A DNA stretch of 64,000 bases from a virus (taxonomy: Duplodnaviria; Caudoviricetes). The first letter of the stretch is position 1, and each line of letters opens with the position of its first letter. The position numbers were made by a program, and so were the translations under genes. Below are positions 60,287-64,000 of this stretch, piece after piece. The notes under the pieces were generated by a model that saw nothing but the letters and a program-made list of their open reading frames with translations, had not been told where the DNA came from and ran no database searches. The DNA lies in IMG/VR virus record IMGVR_UViG_3300028888_000061, positions 74,362 to 138,361 of that record; one strand, given 5' to 3'.

Positions 60287-61000
60287 ATGGCTACTTTACG
60301 TGGTTACCTTACCAATTTGGGTAAATACAACGAAGGTGATTTGGTTGGCGAGTGGGTTACACTTCCCATTGATGAGGATGAACTTGAAGACGTTTTTAAG
60401 CGTATCGGAATCAGCGATAAGCCTGATGAGAATGGTGTCTATTATGACGAGTACTTCTGGACTGATTGGGAGTGTGACATTCCAGAAGTTTGCGATACGC
60501 TTGGTGAGTATTTGAATCTTGATGAAGCTAACGAGATAGGTGAAAAAGTCGAAAGCGTGGATAACGTGGATGCTTTCGCTGCCGCTTTAGAAATTCTTGG
60601 AAGCGTTGATGAAGCCTTCGAGCATGTTGACGAGATGGTATTTATCGGCGAGGGTTATGATGCCGACCGTGTTATTGGTGAGCATTATGCTTCTGAGATA
60701 GGTTCGTTTGACGATGAAACACTTGATCGATACTTCGATTATGAATCTTTGGGTCGCGATATCCGTCTTGAGTATTATGCTTCTGAGGAAGGTGACCCTG
60801 AGACAGCCGGAGAGTACTGGTGTGGTGATGAACTTGCGACAGATGAAGAAATCGGCGAGGCTGTTGTTTCAGAACTTGGTATTGACGGCATTAAGAACAA
60901 AGATGTTTACTTTGATGAAGTCGCTTTCGGACGTGATATTCGCATTGAGGGTTCCTTCTGTGAACTTGACGGTCAAATTTGGGAATACACTGGACGCTAG
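60287..61000 (+). CDS. ardA: ArdA anti-restriction protein
   Basis: YLTNLGKYNEGDLVGEWVTLP, EYFWTDWE, LGEY, YFDYESLGRDI; highly acidic. Confidence 0.93.
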   Translation: MATLRGYLTNLGKYNEGDLVGEWVTLPIDEDELEDVFKRIGISDKPDENGVYYDEYFWTDWECDIPEVCDTLGEYLNLDEANEIGEKVESVDNVDAFAAALEILGSVDEAFEHVDEMVFIGEGYDADRVIGEHYASEIGSFDDETLDRYFDYESLGRDIRLEYYASEEGDPETAGEYWCGDELATDEEIGEAVVSELGIDGIKNKDVYFDEVAFGRDIRIEGSFCELDGQIWEYTGR

Positions 61001-61017
61001 GTTTCTGGGTGATTGCT

Positions 61018-62796
61018 ATGAAGAAGCAGCATGGACATGTAAACCGTTTACGACACGACGAAGTTACCTCACGTGACATCCCCAATTTGTCTGACCGTCG
61101 AAGTTACGCACGTTCACGTTCATCGAATATCGTTGCACGTTTCGTAGACTTCAACAAAGAGACAGGAGAGGTTCATTACAGCGTTACGTCACAAGCGAAA
61201 GCAGGGAAGTCGTATACGGTAACATTTCGTTTTAAGGACTGGAATCCTGACATGGCACATCTGGATGATGAAATACAGCACGCCGTAAAGGGTAATATCG
61301 AAATAGACTGTACATGTCCTGCTTTCACCTATCAGGGGTACAAGTTTCTTGCTTCTATAAAGGGTGGTAGCGTTGACATTGAACGTCGTCCACCAGATGA
61401 AACAAATCCTGACAGGCATGGGTATGCTTGTAAGCACATATTAAAGGCAATCGACAGTTTTAATCAGGATTTCGATAAATTTCGAGCAGAGGGAAAGGGT
61501 ATGATAAAGAAACACAATTTAAGGGTTCAGCATAAGTATGAACGCCGTCAGACACTAGAATCTTCGTCAAGTTATTCACTTTCAGAGAAACTTGATATGC
61601 GTTTTATGACCTACTGTGATGAAGTTCTCGGTATTCACTTGTCGAGTATTCAGTCTTCTTCACTTAGGTCGTCCATGGCTAAAGCACTCCATGACTACAT
61701 GGAACAGTTGATGGAGCTCTGTGACCTCGGAAATACGTATGACGCTTTGGAACGTGTTTTTGCAACCGGCAATCCGAAAGGTTTTGACGAAAAGAACCAG
61801 GATAAATATGACCGACTGGTGAACACGTTAAAACGCCATTTCAGCAACTTGTCTGGCGGTGTGTTTGAAGTGCATGAAGCACGTGGCGGTCGGGTAGGTC
61901 ATTTCCCTACGGATATTCGTATTGAATTCGGTCTTGATGATGGTGGAACAACGCTTTGGACAAGTTCGTTACGCATTCCGCTCACTTTATGTTTTCCACC
62001 GTTCGGACAGTTCCGTCTTCTCCCTGAGAAACTTATCGCAGATAAAATCAATGATTGGATTGTTGATGAAGTTCAAAACCTTTCGGATGATTGGGACAGA
62101 GCTCGTCGTAACATTTATTCTGATATTGTTGAGGAGTCTAACATGAAGACAAGACGTAAGAATCGTAAATTTGAAGGTGTTCGGAATGAAGACCGTTTAC
62201 AGGCATTGGTCGAGTTCTGTCCGCTTCTTGACACATCAAATGTATCTGTAAACACGGTATCTGGTTATGACGGCCCTGTTACAGAAATCTCAGTAGCCGG
62301 TTCTGAGTTTTGGGTTCTGACAGAAGAAGAAGCAGCACGTGAAGCAACCGCTAGTTTTATTGAGACCTTTAGTGGTCGGGATATTGAGAGTGACTCAGCC
62401 TTGAATATGACCGCTGAGTTGACCAGTGTTCTCGATTATGATGCTATTCGTGAAGTGTATGGAGAGCCAGATTTTGATGACGACGATGAAGATGACCGTG
62501 ATGAATACGTCCCTGATGACGATGACCTGCATGACTGGGCACGTGATAACTTCTCCAATGCTGAGTTGTGGGATAATGGCATGATTGACAAGGAAAAGTT
62601 CTGTGAAGCCCTTTGGGATGTGTATGGGTATGGACAGGAACTTGATATGGAACAGCGTAATGAGTCTGTTGAGGTCAACGGTGTTGTGTTCTACATATTC
62701 CTTCGTGACGGTGAATGGCTTGCACTTGAATCCAGAAGTTTTCGTAACAAATCTTCTAGGATGAAGAAGAGACTTGAGCGAAAGACTTTTCGTTAG
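61018..62796 (+). CDS. multi-domain putative polyprotein: SWIM Zn-finger domain plus acidic domains
   Basis: CTCPAF...CKH SWIM motif; linkers HKYERRQTLES and KTRRKNRKFEG; tail ALESRSFRNK...LERKTFR. Confidence 0.75.
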   Translation: MKKQHGHVNRLRHDEVTSRDIPNLSDRRSYARSRSSNIVARFVDFNKETGEVHYSVTSQAKAGKSYTVTFRFKDWNPDMAHLDDEIQHAVKGNIEIDCTCPAFTYQGYKFLASIKGGSVDIERRPPDETNPDRHGYACKHILKAIDSFNQDFDKFRAEGKGMIKKHNLRVQHKYERRQTLESSSSYSLSEKLDMRFMTYCDEVLGIHLSSIQSSSLRSSMAKALHDYMEQLMELCDLGNTYDALERVFATGNPKGFDEKNQDKYDRLVNTLKRHFSNLSGGVFEVHEARGGRVGHFPTDIRIEFGLDDGGTTLWTSSLRIPLTLCFPPFGQFRLLPEKLIADKINDWIVDEVQNLSDDWDRARRNIYSDIVEESNMKTRRKNRKFEGVRNEDRLQALVEFCPLLDTSNVSVNTVSGYDGPVTEISVAGSEFWVLTEEEAAREATASFIETFSGRDIESDSALNMTAELTSVLDYDAIREVYGEPDFDDDDEDDRDEYVPDDDDLHDWARDNFSNAELWDNGMIDKEKFCEALWDVYGYGQELDMEQRNESVEVNGVVFYIFLRDGEWLALESRSFRNKSSRMKKRLERKTFR

Positions 62797-62805
62797 CACG
62801 TAGTC

Positions 62806-62852
62806 AAAAACGCCGTCAGAGAGCTACTAAATTTTCTCTCTGACGGCGTTTT
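62806..62852. terminator. bidirectional hairpin related to the dispersed repeat family
   Basis: AAAAACGCCGTCAGAGAG...CTCTCTGACGGCGTTTTT between convergent genes. Confidence 0.75.
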
Positions 62853-62915
62853 TCGTCTCAGACGATAAATCATACGACCAAGTCATAAAATCGCGTACAA
62901 CGCAAAATAGACGAC

Positions 62916-63443
62916 TTAATGACTGTGTTCGTTTTCAGCCCACTTCCTCCATTCTCGTTCATAGTATTCTGTATCATGTGTTTGACCTAAAACGAGTAAC
63001 GGAAGTTCGATTCTGATAGCTTCTAAAGCAGCGAAGTACGTAGTCCCGCTTCCAATTACGTTGTCGAACAATATGGTGTTCCGGGTCGTGAGGTCTTTTG
63101 TTATGCGAAAACCGAACTTGTCTTTGCTCAACGGATTTCCGGATTTCTTTGCGTCGTACATCGTTTCGTGCTGAGAACCAACCAGTATGTCGTCGATTGT
63201 GATGTCACGCAGTTTTTTCAAGCGTTTCAGGATTTCCAAGGTGTACTCTGCTTTTCCGCTGTGATTTGGTATCGGTACGATATGGTATCCGTTCAGATGG
63301 TAAAGTGTTACGATGTCGGACAGGCATTCGGCAGCCACTGTCATTGCATCGTCGTTTCGTTGCTTGACTGCATGACATAGCTCTCTAAGTCCTTCTGTTT
63401 CATAGTAAAGTCCGCATGACATAATCATTGGAAGTGGCTTCAT
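62916..63443 (-). CDS. phosphoribosyltransferase-like (ComF-like) protein
   Basis: VPIP and ILFDNVIGSGTT PRPP-binding motif (DN instead of DD). Confidence 0.75.
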   Translation of the reverse strand: MKPLPMIMSCGLYYETEGLRELCHAVKQRNDDAMTVAAECLSDIVTLYHLNGYHIVPIPNHSGKAEYTLEILKRLKKLRDITIDDILVGSQHETMYDAKKSGNPLSKDKFGFRITKDLTTRNTILFDNVIGSGTTYFAALEAIRIELPLLVLGQTHDTEYYEREWRKWAENEHSH

Positions 63444-63583
63444 CTTGAGTCTCCGAAATGTTCTTTGTTCCCGTGTCTTTTGATACTTTGAGGTGTTCTG
63501 GCTAATGGATGTGAGTATCAAAACGGACAGCATCAACTTGTGTTGTCCGTTTTACTTTACGCTTTTTGTGATGTGGTGACGTA

Positions 63584-64000
63584 ATGCCTTTAGCTTATTG
63601 GACAAGAAACGACCGGGATATTCAGTATTATGACTATCTCCTTGGACGGTACAATTCCGTTGATTTGAACATGCTATTCCTCATCGGTTATTCAGCTGCG
63701 ACAGGCCATAGTCATGTATCAGACCATATCTGGATTCCGAACAGCATCATTGACAAAGATGGTGAAGAGCGAATTACGGATTTGTCCTTTTTCAATAAGG
63801 CTCACGAATACCTGGATGACAAGTGGCGTATCGACCTCACGGATGATGGTCTTTACTTTGACATTTGGGCATTTCGGTATCTGCTTGAAGAACTCGGTTT
63901 TGTCTCAGGAGTGAACGGGAAGATTCCTGAGTTTATGTCTTCCTCTGATTACACACCGATTTCCATACAGGAAGCGTTGCAGTTTATCCCTCCGAAACGT
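63584..64000 (+). CDS. hypothetical protein, partial (runs off window; absent from ORF track)
   Basis: Open frame from ATG 63584 (MPLAYWTRND...) to the window end. Confidence 0.6.
   Translation, partial: MPLAYWTRNDRDIQYYDYLLGRYNSVDLNMLFLIGYSAATGHSHVSDHIWIPNSIIDKDGEERITDLSFFNKAHEYLDDKWRIDLTDDGLYFDIWAFRYLLEELGFVSGVNGKIPEFMSSSDYTPISIQEALQFIPPKR

Noticed and set aside
1-64000. Stop-codon reassignment and tRNA genes
   Set aside because: Core genes are full length in the standard code and use TAA, TGA and TAG stops; no tRNA cloverleaf recognised

Overview
The window is a 64-kb slice of a large contractile-tailed (myovirus/jumbo-type, distantly T4-like) dsDNA phage genome, standard genetic code. 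Bases 1-11.6 kb mostly carry minus-strand replication and nucleotide genes: partial SMC/gp46-like ATPase, HU, RuvC-like resolvase, HAD, probable SSB, dUTPase and deoxynucleoside kinase. A ~600-nt hairpin-dense non-coding region lies at 0.3-0.9 kb. A repeat-rich, AT-rich palindromic region at 11.7-12.8 kb coincides with an apparent switch in strand composition and is the probable replication origin. To its right are RecA/UvsX, BRO, portal, a 1351-aa orphan, a TnpB-only IS200/IS605 element, large terminase, gp25, clamp/clamp-loader-like genes, baseplate, a formate/nitrite channel and three fibre-like proteins. The 51-63 kb region looks like an anti-defence/cargo island: circularly permuted C5 methyltransferase with a nested alternative-frame ORF, adenine methyltransferase, ArdA, phosphoesterase and PRTase. 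Strongest candidate novel system: about nine otherwise unrelated proteins share Arg/Lys-rich leaders, linkers or tails bounded by a [R/K]-x-E-[S/A/G]-type motif around mostly acidic payloads. This suggests a capsid-targeting, prohead-protease-processed cargo system with polyproteins. Other highlights are the large candidate ncRNA, an RNA leader shared by tnpB and the origin-proximal gene, and a dispersed intergenic repeat family. All calls come from reading motifs by eye; no searches were run.
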